A stretch of DNA of 248,000 nt, taken from assembly GCF_000737315.1 (NCBI RefSeq), contig NZ_JMCB01000008.1, positions 20,001 through 268,000 on the forward strand, written 5' to 3'. Positions 177,999 to 190,120 of this stretch are shown one piece after another; the stretch's first letter is position 1; every line of letters begins with the position of its first letter. The notes below the pieces were generated by a model that saw only the letters and a list, made by a program, of their open reading frames with translations, ran no database searches and was not told the DNA's origin. The DNA comes from Hyalangium minutum (GTDB lineage Bacteria; Myxococcota; Myxococcia; Myxococcales; Myxococcaceae). Both the position numbers and the translations under genes were made by a program.

Positions 177999-179300
177999 AT
178001 GCACTTCGATGCTCCTGACGTAGGCTCAACCGTTGGCCCCTGGCTCCTCCAGGAGCATGTGGACTCGGGAAGCTTCGGCATCGTCTACCTTGCCCGGCGT
178101 GCAGAGCAGCCGGACTCTCCGCGCACCCATCGCGAGTTGCTCCAGGTGCTCGCCCAGCTGGCAGGGGCCCTGGCCACTGCTCACGCACGCGGGGCCCTCC
178201 ACCGCGATGTGAAGGGCGAAAACATCCGCGTGCGCACCGATGGCCGGGCAGTGCTCTTGGACTGGGGCTCTGGGTGGTTCGAAGGAGCGTCCCCCCTCAC
178301 GGACAGCCCCGCCCCCCCTGGCACCACCGCGTACCGGCCTCCCGAGCAGCGCGCCTTCCAGTGGCAGTTTCGCAAGGACATGGAGGCCCGCTGGCACTCG
178401 ACCGCTACCGATGACCTCTACTCCTTAGGAGTCACCCTCTACCGCCTCGTCACGGGCAAGTACCTGCCACCCTGTACGGACGGCGGGGAGCCCGTAGCGC
178501 GCAAAGTGCCGCCGCCCTCGACCCTGGCCACCGTGTCCCCTGAGCTGGAAACGATCATCCTCCGGCTTATCTCCGACGACCGGAAGGTGCGGGGCACGGC
178601 AGAGCAACTGGCCCGAGAGTCCGCAATGATCGTAGAGACGGGCGGGCCTGCCTTGGACCTGGCGATTCGTCCAACGTCCAGCGCCCTCGTGACGGAGGAG
178701 GGAGAACCGCCCCAGCCCTCATCGGGAGGTCTGGACGACGACGGCCTCGAAGAGGACGAACGGCCCTCCGACTCGGTGCCCGCCAAACAGAAGAACCGTG
178801 CCGAAGTGGCGCCCTCCATGCGGGATCGCGTTCGCCAACACCATGAGCTGGCCGTGCCCGCTTGGCTTACCTGGACGGGCGCTTCCGCCATGGGAGGGCT
178901 CATCACTGCCCTTATGATGTTGTGGGTGCGGCCTGGGGTTCCAGAGCCCGCGCCCAAGCCCCTTCCCAACCCCACTCCCTGGCTCGCCACTCCCGAGGAA
179001 GTGGCTCCGTTCGCCCCGGATGCAGGCGTCGGAGAGGCGGCCCTGTCGAGCGTCGAGAATATGAACCCGCGCGTGGGAGACTTCGTTGTCTCCCTAGGTC
179101 GTTCCATGCCCTCTAAGCCGTTCCCTTTGCAACGGCGCCCACCTTGTAACCGTGGAGAGAAAGAGATCAACGGAGGGTGCTGGATCGGACCGATTGATGC
179201 AGAGAAGCCCCCGTGCGGCGACCAAATGTTCGACTACGAGGGCAGGTGTTACTTCGCGTCCTTTGGCGAAAACCGACAACCCACCTCTGGAGAGCCCTAA
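177999..179300 (+). pseudogene. Ser/Thr kinase with internal deletion
   Basis: Gly loop then directly to pre-HRD region; no ALK lysine; TM and Cys-rich tail. Confidence 0.65.
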
Positions 179301-179323
179301 TCAAGGCCGTGCGCGCGAAGCGC

Positions 179324-180727
179324 TCACGCCGTCCCGCGCCCTGAAGGCGAAGGCCCTGCCCCCTGAGGCGCCGCCGCACTGCCATCCGCAGGAACTGCCG
179401 CAGCCGCCTTGGCCGCCGCCTGGGGCTCCACCGTCACCCGCACCACGCGCGGCCCTTCCACCTCGTCCACGACGATGCGCCACATGTCCAGCTTCAGGCT
179501 GTCGCCCTTCTCCGGCACCTTGCCCAGCTTCGTCATCAGGTAGCCCGCAATCGTCGTCACCTCGCCCTGCTCGTCCTCCTTCAGGTCGAAGTTGACGTCC
179601 AGCCGCTCCTCCAAATCGTCCAGCTGCGCCGTGCCCGGCAACTCGAAGCGGCCACCCGGCAGCGAGCGCACCTCGTCCATCCGCCGCCCCAGCTCCGCCA
179701 CGTCCCCCACCACCTCCGCCACCACGTCCGCGATGCTCACCAGCCCCGACGTGCCGCCGTGCTCGTCCACCACCAGCGCCGTCTGCCGGCGCCGCCGCCG
179801 GAACTCCGCCAGCAGCTGCTCCAGCGTCACGTTCTCCGGGATGAACAGCACCGGCCGCTGCACCTGCGACAGGGCCCTCAGCTCCCCCCTCGACAGCAGG
179901 AAGAACAGGTCCTTCGCATTCACCACGCCCTCCACCTCGTCCAGGCTCCCGCGGCACACCGGCAGCCACGTGTGCCCCGCCGCCCGCGCGTCCGCGATGC
180001 ACTTCTCCAGCGGCTCCTCCACGTCCAGGTACTTCACCTGGTTCCGAGGCACCATCACCTGCCGCGCCGTCTTCTGCGCCATCTCCAGCGCCCGCTCGAG
180101 CAGCTCCGCTCGCGCCGTGGTGATCGACCCCGCCTCCGCCGAGCTGTTCAGGATGACTTTCAGCTCGTCCTCGCTGTGCGCCTCGTGCGTCTCGCTCGCC
180201 GACTCCAGACCGAACAGCCGCAGCAATCGCCCCGCAATCCCGTTCAGCAGCCAGATCGCCGGGTAGAACAGGAAGTAGAAGGCCCGCATCGGCAGCGCCA
180301 CCGCCAGCGTCGTGGCCTCTGCCCGCTGGATCGCCAAGCTCTTGGGCGCCAGCTCTCCCACGATGATGTGCAGGAACGTGATGATCACGAACGCGACCGC
180401 CACCGCCGCGCTGTGCCCCACCGTGGCCACCGCCTCCGCTGGGACAATCCGCGCGATCACCGGCTCCAGCAGGTGCGCGAACGCGGGCTCACCCAGCCAG
180501 CCCAGCCCCAGCGACGCCAAGGTAATGCCGAACTGCGTGGCGGAGAGGTAGGCATCCAGCTTCTCCACCATCTTCAGCGCGTTGCCCGCCCCGGGCTTGC
180601 CCTCGTCCACCATCGCCTGCAGGCGCGTGCCGCGGATCTTCACGATGGCGAACTCCGTCGCCACGAAGAAGCCGTTTGCGAACACCAACAGAATCGCCAG
180701 TCCTAGGAAGATCCACTCGCTCGCCAT
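179324..180727 (-). CDS. HlyC/CorC family transporter
   Basis: NGFFVATEF, QFGIT, GELAPK, CBS. Confidence 0.9.
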   Translation of the reverse strand: MASEWIFLGLAILLVFANGFFVATEFAIVKIRGTRLQAMVDEGKPGAGNALKMVEKLDAYLSATQFGITLASLGLGWLGEPAFAHLLEPVIARIVPAEAVATVGHSAAVAVAFVIITFLHIIVGELAPKSLAIQRAEATTLAVALPMRAFYFLFYPAIWLLNGIAGRLLRLFGLESASETHEAHSEDELKVILNSSAEAGSITTARAELLERALEMAQKTARQVMVPRNQVKYLDVEEPLEKCIADARAAGHTWLPVCRGSLDEVEGVVNAKDLFFLLSRGELRALSQVQRPVLFIPENVTLEQLLAEFRRRRRQTALVVDEHGGTSGLVSIADVVAEVVGDVAELGRRMDEVRSLPGGRFELPGTAQLDDLEERLDVNFDLKEDEQGEVTTIAGYLMTKLGKVPEKGDSLKLDMWRIVVDEVEGPRVVRVTVEPQAAAKAAAAVPADGSAAAPQGAGPSPSGRGTA

Positions 180728-180731
180728 GGCG

Positions 180732-181547
180732 TTAGAACAACGCCTCGAACTCGGGATCGCCCTTGAGAGAGTCGAACATGGGGTCCGTCGACAGCCACCC
180801 CATCACCTTCCCCTTGTCCGCCGCCAACGCCTTCTGCAGGAACGACACCGCGTCCTTGGGCCGCCCCCACAGCGCGTACAGCGCCGCCAGGTTGTAGTTC
180901 AGCAGCAGATCCTCGCCGTTCAGCGTCCGCGCCTTCTCGTACGCCCGCTCGGCCTCCGCGTAGAAGCCCTTCTGCGCGTAGCAGATGCCCAAGTCCAGAT
181001 GCGCCTCGAAGTTGTCCGCCTCCAGCCGCACCACCTCTTTGAGCTGGGTGATGGCCGAGCGGTAGTCCCCCTCGTCCATCTGCAGCGCGGCCAGCTCGTG
181101 CCGGGGGAACGCATCCTGCGAGTCCAGCTCGATGGCCGTCTGCAGCTCGCGCATCGCCTCCTCCACCCGGCCCTGGTCCGCGTACGTGAGCCCCAGGTTC
181201 AGGTGGGCGTCCGGGTACTCCGGATCCAGCTCGATGGCCTCCTTGTACTCCTCCACCGCCATCTCAGCCGCATGGGTGGAGAGGAAGCAGGCGAGGTTGT
181301 AGTGCGCCGTGGCGCTGTCCGGCTCCAGCTTGAGCGCCGTGAGGTACTCGCTCAGCGCCTCACGGAAGAGCTTCTTCTCCGCGTACACCGTCGCCAGGTT
181401 GTCGTGGGCGTGCGCCGAGGCGGGATCCAGATCGATCGCTTTCTTGAACTCCTTGATTGCCTCGTCCAGCCACCCGCGGTCCGCGAGCTCGATTCCCCGG
181501 GAGTTGTGCTCGTCGGAGAGTGCAATGTTGTCCTTTTCGCGGGCCAT
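180732..181547 (-). CDS. TPR protein
   Basis: Canonical AHxNLG TPR repeats. Confidence 0.85.
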   Translation of the reverse strand: MAREKDNIALSDEHNSRGIELADRGWLDEAIKEFKKAIDLDPASAHAHDNLATVYAEKKLFREALSEYLTALKLEPDSATAHYNLACFLSTHAAEMAVEEYKEAIELDPEYPDAHLNLGLTYADQGRVEEAMRELQTAIELDSQDAFPRHELAALQMDEGDYRSAITQLKEVVRLEADNFEAHLDLGICYAQKGFYAEAERAYEKARTLNGEDLLLNYNLAALYALWGRPKDAVSFLQKALAADKGKVMGWLSTDPMFDSLKGDPEFEALF

Positions 181548-181609
181548 GAATCGCCGGGCAATCTACGCGCCGCCAATCGAAGGGCGCAAGGTAGAGTTTC
181601 CCTCCACTT

Positions 181610-182851
181610 ATGCGCCACTTCGCCCTGTTGCTGCTGCTGGCCACCGCGTGCACCCTCCGTCCGCTCCCGGACGCGCCTCCGGGCTCCCCGGGCAACCCGC
181701 CGGGCCGCGATCCCACCGCGCCGCCGCAGGACCCCGGCCCCTGGGCCCCCGAGCCTCAGAAACCGGGCACGCTAAACGTTCCAAACCCGACAGCCCCGGC
181801 TCAGCCCGCGGCCACCCTGGCCCCCCGTCCCGTCACCCTGCTGGTGGGCGGAGATGTGACGGTGGGCCACCACTACCAGACGTACTTCGACGAGCAGGTG
181901 GGCAAGGGCCGTACGCGCGAGGAGATGTTCGCCTACGGCTTCAAGGAGGTGAAGGCGGTGGCGGACACGGCGGACCTGTTCCTCGTGAACCTCGAGTGCC
182001 CCTTCACCGAGAGCTCCGACAAGCTGCCCAAGAACTTCAACTTCCGCGCCCGGCCCGAGTTCGTGAACACCCTGCTGGCGGGAGGCGTGGACGTGGTGAG
182101 CCTCGCCAACAACCACATGATGGACTACGGCCCCCAGGGGCTCGTGGACACGCTGATGACGCTGGAGCAGGCGAAGATTCCCCACTTCGGCGCCGGCCGC
182201 ACCCTGGCCGAGGCCCGCCGCCCTGCCCTCGTCACCGTGGGCGGTGTGCGCTTCGCCTTCCTGGGCTACTTCTTCCTCGGCGACCGCAACATCGAGCCCG
182301 CCCAGGTGTACGCCACCGAGACGACGCCCGGCGTGGCCGGCCACTACTCGGACGTGGCGGTGCTGGAGCGGATGCTCCGGGAGGACATCCTCGCGGCCAA
182401 GGCCCAGGCGGACGTGGTGCTCCCCTTCTTCCACTGGGGCGTCGAGAGCACCTACAACCCCCTGCCCTACCAGCTCCAGTTGGCGCGCGCGGCCATCGAG
182501 GCGGGCGCGGCAGGAGTGCTCGGCAGCCACCCGCACGTGCTCCAGGCCATGGAGCTGCACCAGGGCGCTCCGGCCATCTACTCGCTGGGGAACTTCGTGT
182601 TCGGGGGCAACTGGAACCCCAAGGACAAGCGCAGCGCGCTCCTCAAGGCCCGCTTCTCCCCGGGCGGCTACCTGTCGAGCGAGCTCATCCCGCTGCGCAC
182701 GGACCGGTACCCGGAGTTCCCCATGCAGCCCAGCGTCGTCTCCGGCCCTGAGGCCGCCGAGGTGCTCAAGCTGCTGGCTTCCAGCTCCGCGAAATTGCCC
182801 CGCATGCTGCCTGAGCTGGAGCCCTACCGCCCGGCCAGCGCCTCCCCCTAG
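181610..182851 (+). CDS. CapA-family metallophosphatase lipoprotein
   Basis: GD, NLE, ANNH..DYG, HWG, HPHV, YSLGN. Confidence 0.85.
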   Translation: MRHFALLLLLATACTLRPLPDAPPGSPGNPPGRDPTAPPQDPGPWAPEPQKPGTLNVPNPTAPAQPAATLAPRPVTLLVGGDVTVGHHYQTYFDEQVGKGRTREEMFAYGFKEVKAVADTADLFLVNLECPFTESSDKLPKNFNFRARPEFVNTLLAGGVDVVSLANNHMMDYGPQGLVDTLMTLEQAKIPHFGAGRTLAEARRPALVTVGGVRFAFLGYFFLGDRNIEPAQVYATETTPGVAGHYSDVAVLERMLREDILAAKAQADVVLPFFHWGVESTYNPLPYQLQLARAAIEAGAAGVLGSHPHVLQAMELHQGAPAIYSLGNFVFGGNWNPKDKRSALLKARFSPGGYLSSELIPLRTDRYPEFPMQPSVVSGPEAAEVLKLLASSSAKLPRMLPELEPYRPASASP

Positions 182852-182883
182852 CTACGGGGGGAGGGCTCGGGCGCGAGCGGGTG

Positions 182884-183012
182884 TTACTTGTGGCGGGCCT
182901 TGTTGCTCTGGCCGCGCACCGCGCGCTTCCGGCGGCGCTTCAGGACGGACTTCTTCGTCTTCGCGCGGTTGGACAGCTTCTTCTTGCTGCGATTTCCCTT
183001 CTGGGCGGGCAT
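182884..183012 (-). CDS. Small highly basic protein (42 aa)
   Basis: MPAQKGNRSKKKLSNRAKTKKSVLKRRRKRAVRGQSNKARHK. Confidence 0.55.
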   Translation of the reverse strand: MPAQKGNRSKKKLSNRAKTKKSVLKRRRKRAVRGQSNKARHK

Positions 183013-183162
183013 GTTCTGGCACTCCAGTGCAGTTGTTGAGCCGCAGTGTAGCGGCAACGGGCGCCCTTCTTTCACGCCCCTGGCCAGCCTTCCAAGGAAT
183101 TTCTTGAGGCCTTCCACCCTTGCCAGCGGGCAGGCAACGGGGCAATACCCCGGGTAACAACG

Positions 183163-184262
<1,100 letters not shown>

Positions 184263-184266
<4 letters not shown>

Positions 184267-185144
184267 GCAGCGACACCTGGACCATCCGCAAGGTCCTCAC
184301 CTGGACGACCCAGCACTTCGAGAAGCGCCAGGTGGACGCGCCGCGGCTCACCGCCGATGTGCTGCTGTCCCACGTGCTGAAGGTGAGCCGGGTGCGCCTC
184401 TACGTGGACCTGGATCGGCCGCTCTCCAAGGAGGAGCTGGCCTCCTTCCGCGCCCTCATCGAGCGCCGCATCTCCGGCGAGCCCACCCAGTACCTGACCG
184501 GTGTGAAGGAGTTCTACAACCGCCCGTTCAAGGTGGATCAGCGGGTGCTCATCCCCCGCCCCGAGACGGAGCTGCTGGTGGAGGCCAGCTTGCACGCGCT
184601 GCCCAAGGACACGCCCAGCCGCGCCCTGGATGTGTGCACGGGCTCCGGCTGCATCGCCGTCAGCCTGGCCGCCGAGCGCCCCCAGGCCTCGGTCCTGGCC
184701 ACGGACCTGTCGCCCGAGGCCTGCGCCCTGGCCCGGGAGAACGCCGAGGCCCTCGGTGTGGGCGCCCGCGTCACCATCGTCCAGGGGGACCTGTTCACCC
184801 CCGTGCCGCCGGACGCGCGCTTCCACCTCGTCGTCTCCAATCCGCCGTACATCGAGACGGGGGAAATCCCCAGTCTGTCGGCGGAGGTGCGCCGGGAGCC
184901 TCACCTGGCCCTGGACGGCGGGAAGGATGGGCTCGACGCCCTGCGCCGCGTCATCCGGGAGGCCCGCCGCTTCCTGCGGCCTGGCGGCCTCCTTGCAATG
185001 GAGATTGGAGAAACCCAGGGGAACGCCGTCCGGGAGCTCCTCCAAGCCGCGGGGTACGAGAACGCGCGGGTGGAGAAGGACCTGGAGCGGCGGGACCGCT
185101 TGGCTTTTGGGACACAACCTGCGGCCACCGGGCCACAGGCGTGA
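184263..185144 (+). CDS. prmC: Release factor methyltransferase
   Basis: PRPETE, GSG, NPPY. Confidence 0.95.
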
Positions 185145-185154
185145 GACAGGACCG

Positions 185155-186423
185155 ATGGACAAGATCGTCGTGAAGGGTGGCCCCGCGCTGCACGGGGAGG
185201 TGAAGGTCTCGGGAGCGAAGAATGCCGCGCTCCCCATCCTCGCCTCCTCGCTGCTGGCCGACGGGACAAGCGTCTACCGCAACGTGCCGGACCTGGTGGA
185301 TGTGTCCACCATGCTCAAGGTGCTCAACACCATGGGCTGCGAGGCCGAGCGCCTCACCGGCCGCCAGAAGAACGTCTGCCAGGTCGCCGTGGGTGGCAAC
185401 ACCATCACCCCCGAGGCCCCGTACGACTTGGTGAAGACCATGAGGGCCTCCGTGCTGGTACTCGGGCCGCTGGTGGCCCGCTACGGCCGCGCCCGCGTCT
185501 CCATGCCCGGTGGCTGCGCTATTGGCGCTCGGCCCATCGATCAGCACCTCAAGGGGCTCAAGGCCCTGGGCGCCGACATCACCCTCACCGAGGGCTATGT
185601 GGAGGCCCGCGCCAAGCACCTCAAGGGCGGCACGGTCAACTTTGACGTCATCACCGTCACCGGCACGGAGAACGTGATGATGGCGGCGGTGCTGGCCAAG
185701 GGCCACACCGTCCTGGAGAACTGCGCCCGCGAGCCCGAGGTGGAGGAGCTGGCCAAGGTCCTCAACAAGATGGGCGCCCGGATTGAGGGCGCCGGCACCT
185801 CCGTCATCACCATCGACGGGGTGGACTCCCTGCACCCAGTGGAGCACAGCATCCTCCCGGACCGCATCGAGGCAGGGACCCTGCTGGTGGCCGCAGCCAT
185901 CAGCGGCGGAGACGTGCTGGTGAAGCACGCCGTGCCCGAGCACCTGGAGCCCGTCATCCAGAAGCTGCGCGAGGCCGGCTGCACCCTCACCACCGAGAAC
186001 GGCGGCATCCGCTGCAAGGCCCCCAAAACCATCCACCCGGTGGACGTCACGACGACGGAACACCCGGGATTTCCAACGGATATGCAGGCTCAGCTGATGG
186101 TGCTGATGTGCGTGGCCAACGGCACCTCGGTCATCTCGGAGAACATCTTCGAGAACCGCTTCATGCATGTGGCGGAGCTGCATCGCATGGGCGCCGACAT
186201 CACCATCCAAGGCCCCACGGCCGTGGTGAAGGGGGTCAAGAAGCTGTCCGGTGCGCCCGTCATGGCCACGGACTTGCGGGCCAGCGCCTCGCTGATCCTC
186301 GCCGGCCTGAGGGCCGAGGGCCGCACGGACGTGGCCCGCGTCTACCACCTGGACCGGGGCTACGAGCGGCTCGAGCGCAAGCTGCGGGGCCTGGGAGCGG
186401 ACATCCGCAGGGTCAAGGCCTGA
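185155..186423 (+). CDS. murA: UDP-GlcNAc enolpyruvyl transferase
   Basis: GAKNA, GGCAIG.RP, FPTD, DLRA. Confidence 0.97.
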   Translation: MDKIVVKGGPALHGEVKVSGAKNAALPILASSLLADGTSVYRNVPDLVDVSTMLKVLNTMGCEAERLTGRQKNVCQVAVGGNTITPEAPYDLVKTMRASVLVLGPLVARYGRARVSMPGGCAIGARPIDQHLKGLKALGADITLTEGYVEARAKHLKGGTVNFDVITVTGTENVMMAAVLAKGHTVLENCAREPEVEELAKVLNKMGARIEGAGTSVITIDGVDSLHPVEHSILPDRIEAGTLLVAAAISGGDVLVKHAVPEHLEPVIQKLREAGCTLTTENGGIRCKAPKTIHPVDVTTTEHPGFPTDMQAQLMVLMCVANGTSVISENIFENRFMHVAELHRMGADITIQGPTAVVKGVKKLSGAPVMATDLRASASLILAGLRAEGRTDVARVYHLDRGYERLERKLRGLGADIRRVKA

Positions 186424-186548
186424 GGGCAGCGGGACGGTCCGTTGCCAACAGATCGCCCGACACCGGTTGCATCCGGAAATTTGGGCGCCCTATCATTCTC
186501 CGAACCACGGGGAGCAAGGCTCCCCCTACCAGGAGAACGAGCCGCCCC

Positions 186549-186938
186549 ATGAACTGTCCCGCATGCAACGTCGAGATGGCCGATCTCGAAGGGGACGACA
186601 TGACGTTGCGCAAGTGTGGAGAATGCGGCGGTCTCTGGATCGACGTGGCGGACCTCAACCGGGTCCTTCTCCACAGCAACCTCCCCGGGCTGGAGAGTCA
186701 GGGCGGCAAGGTGGATGCGGAGGCGCTCACCGGTCAGTGCCCCGAGTGTCAGGTGGATCTGGTCCGCGTCACCGGGGGTGATCGCCAGCACCCTCTCAGC
186801 TACGACACCTGCGAGTCCTGCGGCGGCATCTTCCTGGAGTCCGAGTTCCAGGACGCCACGGACGTGAAGGTCGCCGTGAAGGAGATCGTCGACTTCTTCA
186901 AGGCGTTCAGCGCGAAGAAGAAGTCGGCCGCCGTCTAG
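186549..186938 (+). CDS. zf-TFIIB domain protein
   Basis: Two CPxC...C..C.G.W/F zinc ribbons. Confidence 0.75.
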   Translation: MNCPACNVEMADLEGDDMTLRKCGECGGLWIDVADLNRVLLHSNLPGLESQGGKVDAEALTGQCPECQVDLVRVTGGDRQHPLSYDTCESCGGIFLESEFQDATDVKVAVKEIVDFFKAFSAKKKSAAV

Positions 186939-186974
186939 GCCAGCAAGGCCCCCGAAGGGGCCCTCGTGCGCCGC

Positions 186975-187829
186975 TCAGCCACGGCTCCGGAAGGGCTGCT
187001 TCCACTCGTCCGGGAGCTCGCCGTCCAGGGTGAGCGTGTACTCGCCCGGCTGGCCCTCTGCCTCCTCGCGGGTGAAGCGGACGGACACCTTGCCCTTCTT
187101 CGGAATCTCCAGCGTCACCTTCGAGCTTGAGACCGAGTAGGTGCCCGTCAGCACGGTGGGCTCCTCGCCTCCCAGCGGCTCCAGGGTGAAGCGGTACGTC
187201 CCGTCCACATAGAAGGACAGGAAGCGATCCGGCGCACCCTGCAGGCCGCCGAACCACGTGCCCACCACCGGCGCCTGGCGCGCGTCGTACTTGAGCACCG
187301 GGGCCAGCTTCGTCCCGTTGAGCGCCTTGCCCTGGTAATAGAAGACGACGTCCGTGAGGCAGACGGGGATCTGCGACTCGGAGCCGGGGAACACGTCCTT
187401 CACCTCCAGCGTGAACCAGCCGCCGGTGACGGGCGGGTTGAGCGGCACCGTCTGCTGGCCCCGCTTGTCCTCCAGGGTGAAGTTGCGCGCGCTGTCCTTG
187501 CCCTCCAGGGAGATCTTCTTGGCCCGGGCGTAGCCCTTGAAGGACTCCCGATCCGTGCCGTTGCCCGTGTACACGCGCACCTCGTCCACGGTCGTCACGC
187601 CCTTGAAGCCGATGGTCAGCCGCGCGGGGGCTCCCTCTCCCTCGGGGGCGCACCACACGGTGGTGTCCCGCCCGTCGAGCACGTTCAACGGAGTGTATTT
187701 CCCGGGGTTGGAGTCCTTCTCCAGGTAGTCCCCCGACTGGGCATAGCCCACGGAGGGAGGGGGCGCGGCAAGCGCGCTCGGAGCGGTGGCGAGCATCAAC
187801 AAGGGCGGCAAGACGAGGTGGCTTCGCAT
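186975..187829 (-). CDS. Secreted discoidin/NADase-type glycan-binding domain protein
   Basis: LNVLDG...T.W, TGNG. Confidence 0.6.
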   Translation of the reverse strand: MRSHLVLPPLLMLATAPSALAAPPPSVGYAQSGDYLEKDSNPGKYTPLNVLDGRDTTVWCAPEGEGAPARLTIGFKGVTTVDEVRVYTGNGTDRESFKGYARAKKISLEGKDSARNFTLEDKRGQQTVPLNPPVTGGWFTLEVKDVFPGSESQIPVCLTDVVFYYQGKALNGTKLAPVLKYDARQAPVVGTWFGGLQGAPDRFLSFYVDGTYRFTLEPLGGEEPTVLTGTYSVSSSKVTLEIPKKGKVSVRFTREEAEGQPGEYTLTLDGELPDEWKQPFRSRG

Positions 187830-187967
187830 GATCCCGCATCTTGGATCGCCCTCCGGGTGCCCCTCCAGTCCACGGACCGTCCGGATGAAAACCGGGGCTG
187901 CGGTGTTTGCGATGCTTGACACCCCGTCCCTACGGGGAAGAGTAGGCGGCCGATGCGAGGGAACGCG

Positions 187968-189911
187968 ATGCGACGTCTGGGCTGGATTCTGGTGTGTGCG
188001 GCGCTGGCTGGCTGCCCCAAGGGCAAGGACGAGGTGCCCGATGCGGGACCGGCGGATGCCGGCCCGGACGTTTTGAGCGAGAAAGAGCCCAACGAGCGGC
188101 CGGATCAAGCGCTGACGCTGACGCGAGACGCGGTGGTGAACGCGGCGCTCTCGGCGGATCCGGCCAAGGGCGACGAGGACTGGTACCGGCTGGCGCCCGC
188201 CTCCCCTCGCACGGCGGAGATCACCGTGTCCGGCATCCCCGGCGGGGACGTGACGATCGAGGTGTATGACCGGGACCGCAACCGGCTGGGCGGTGTGAAC
188301 AGCGAGGGCGAGGGCAAGCCGGAGCGCTACCCGAACCTCTACGTCGAGGGCGAGCGCTACGTGCGCGTGGCCCCCGCTCGCAAGGGCAGCGGCGGGGCGT
188401 ACACCCTGACACTCAGCTACCGGCGGCCCAATGACGGCGAGGAGCGCGAGCCCAATGACCGGGCCGTGGACTCGACGCCGCTGGCGCTCGGGCAGACGGT
188501 GGCGGCCTACATCGGCCACGCGGGAGATGAGGACTGGTACCGCATCGAGCTGCCGGCCCAGGAGGCAGCCACCCCGCCCGCCCCCACTGAGGGGACGCCG
188601 CCGGCTCCCACCCCTCCTCCCGCTCCCGCTCCCACCGAGGGGGCCACGCCCCCGGCCCCCCAAGGGACACCGGCCGCTCCTCTGGCCGAAGGGGAGACGC
188701 CTCCGGCTGCCGCTCCTACCGAGGGCTCCACGCCTCCTCCCGCCGAGGGAGCTGCCACGCCCCCGCCGTCGGGCACGGGCACGGAGATCCCCACCGGAAC
188801 GGCGACAGCGACACCTCCGCCTGCGGCGCCCCCTCCCCCGCCGCCCGCGGAGCCTCCAGGCGTAGCACTGAAGATCGAGCTGTCCTCCATCGAAGGAGTC
188901 CGTCCGGAGCTGGCGGTGCTGTCCGCCGCGGAGGCTCCGCTCTTCTCGCTGCGTGCCAGCAAGGAGGGCGAGGCGCTCACGCTGCGCAACATCGGCGTGC
189001 GGGCCACGGATCAGGTCGTCTACGTGGTGGTGAAGAGCGGCTGGGTGGGCTCGGGCAAGGAGGCCAAGCGGACCTACAACGCCACGACGCCGTACACCCT
189101 CTCCGTGTCGCTCGAGGAGGCGGGCTCCAACGCCGAGCTGGAGCCCAATGACGAGCTCTTCAAGGCGACGCCACTGCAGGGCTCGGGCTTCAAGGAGGGC
189201 TTCCTCTCGCCGAAGAACGACGTGGACTACTACGTGCTGCACACCACCGAGCCCATGCTGGCGAAGGTGGAGGTGTCCGGCGTGGAGCGGCTGGACTTGG
189301 TGCTGTCGGCGGTGGATGCGCCCACGGGCGACGGGCAGCAGGAGACGGTGACGCTGAAAGCCAACGACGGCACGCTGAAGGAGCCCGAGCGCCTCAACAA
189401 CGTCTCGTGCAACGGCACCTGCTACTTCAAGGTGGAGGGAGCCTCGCGCAAGGTCGACGGCAAGTGGGTGCGGGACTACGAGAACCCGGACCAGCCGTAC
189501 CGCATCACCATCACCGCGGTGCCGGACAACGGCAGCGAGGAGCGCGAGCCCAACAACACCGTGGACCGGGCCATGGAGATCACCACCGGCAAGTCGGTGC
189601 GCGGCACGGTGTACCCGCCGAAGGACGTGGACTACTACCGGTTGGACCTCACGGACCGGCCGGTGCGCACGCCCATCCAGGCCACGCTGCTGGGGATCCT
189701 CAAGGTGGACGTGGGCCTGTACCTCCACCGGGTGGGCGAGGACGGCAAGCTGACGCTCGTGCAGACGTCGGATCGCGCCAAGGGAGACCAGCCCGAGCGC
189801 ATCCGCTACAGCCTGGAGCCCGGCGTCTACATCTTCGAGGTCCGCGACGCGAAGAACCGCGAGTCCAACTTCCAGGACCCGTACCAACTCACCGTCTCCG
189901 AGGGAGAGTAA
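187968..189911 (+). CDS. Lipoprotein with repeated PPC (pre-peptidase C-terminal) domains
   Basis: LAGC, repeated E.EPND / D.DWY. Confidence 0.7.
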   Translation: MRRLGWILVCAALAGCPKGKDEVPDAGPADAGPDVLSEKEPNERPDQALTLTRDAVVNAALSADPAKGDEDWYRLAPASPRTAEITVSGIPGGDVTIEVYDRDRNRLGGVNSEGEGKPERYPNLYVEGERYVRVAPARKGSGGAYTLTLSYRRPNDGEEREPNDRAVDSTPLALGQTVAAYIGHAGDEDWYRIELPAQEAATPPAPTEGTPPAPTPPPAPAPTEGATPPAPQGTPAAPLAEGETPPAAAPTEGSTPPPAEGAATPPPSGTGTEIPTGTATATPPPAAPPPPPPAEPPGVALKIELSSIEGVRPELAVLSAAEAPLFSLRASKEGEALTLRNIGVRATDQVVYVVVKSGWVGSGKEAKRTYNATTPYTLSVSLEEAGSNAELEPNDELFKATPLQGSGFKEGFLSPKNDVDYYVLHTTEPMLAKVEVSGVERLDLVLSAVDAPTGDGQQETVTLKANDGTLKEPERLNNVSCNGTCYFKVEGASRKVDGKWVRDYENPDQPYRITITAVPDNGSEEREPNNTVDRAMEITTGKSVRGTVYPPKDVDYYRLDLTDRPVRTPIQATLLGILKVDVGLYLHRVGEDGKLTLVQTSDRAKGDQPERIRYSLEPGVYIFEVRDAKNRESNFQDPYQLTVSEGE

Positions 189912-189938
189912 CCGAGCGGACGGAGCCGTCACTTCTCA

Positions 189939-189967
189939 TTGACAAGCCCCAGCCGGGCTCCTACCTT
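189939..189967 (+). promoter_or_regulatory. Sigma70-like promoter of tRNA-Gly
   Basis: TTGACA-17-TACCTT. Confidence 0.65.
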
Positions 189968-189985
189968 GCGAACGCTTCTCGGTAC

Positions 189986-190058
189986 GCGGTGGTAGCTCAG
190001 TTGGTAGAGCACGAGCTTCCCAAGCTCGGGGTCGCGGGTTCGAATCCCGTCCGCCGCT
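189986..190058 (+). tRNA. tRNA-Gly (CCC)
   Basis: GCGGTGGTAGCTCAGTTGGTAGAGC...TTCCCAA...GGTTCGAATCCC. Confidence 0.95.
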
Positions 190059-190120
190059 CACTCGTAAAGGCCGGTAGTTCCTGAGGAAACTCGGAGCTGC
190101 CGGCCTTCGTGTTTCCAGGG

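Noticed and set aside
187953-189911. ABC substrate-binding or protease assignment
   Set aside because: Only PPC-type repeats are visible; no catalytic or SBP motifs
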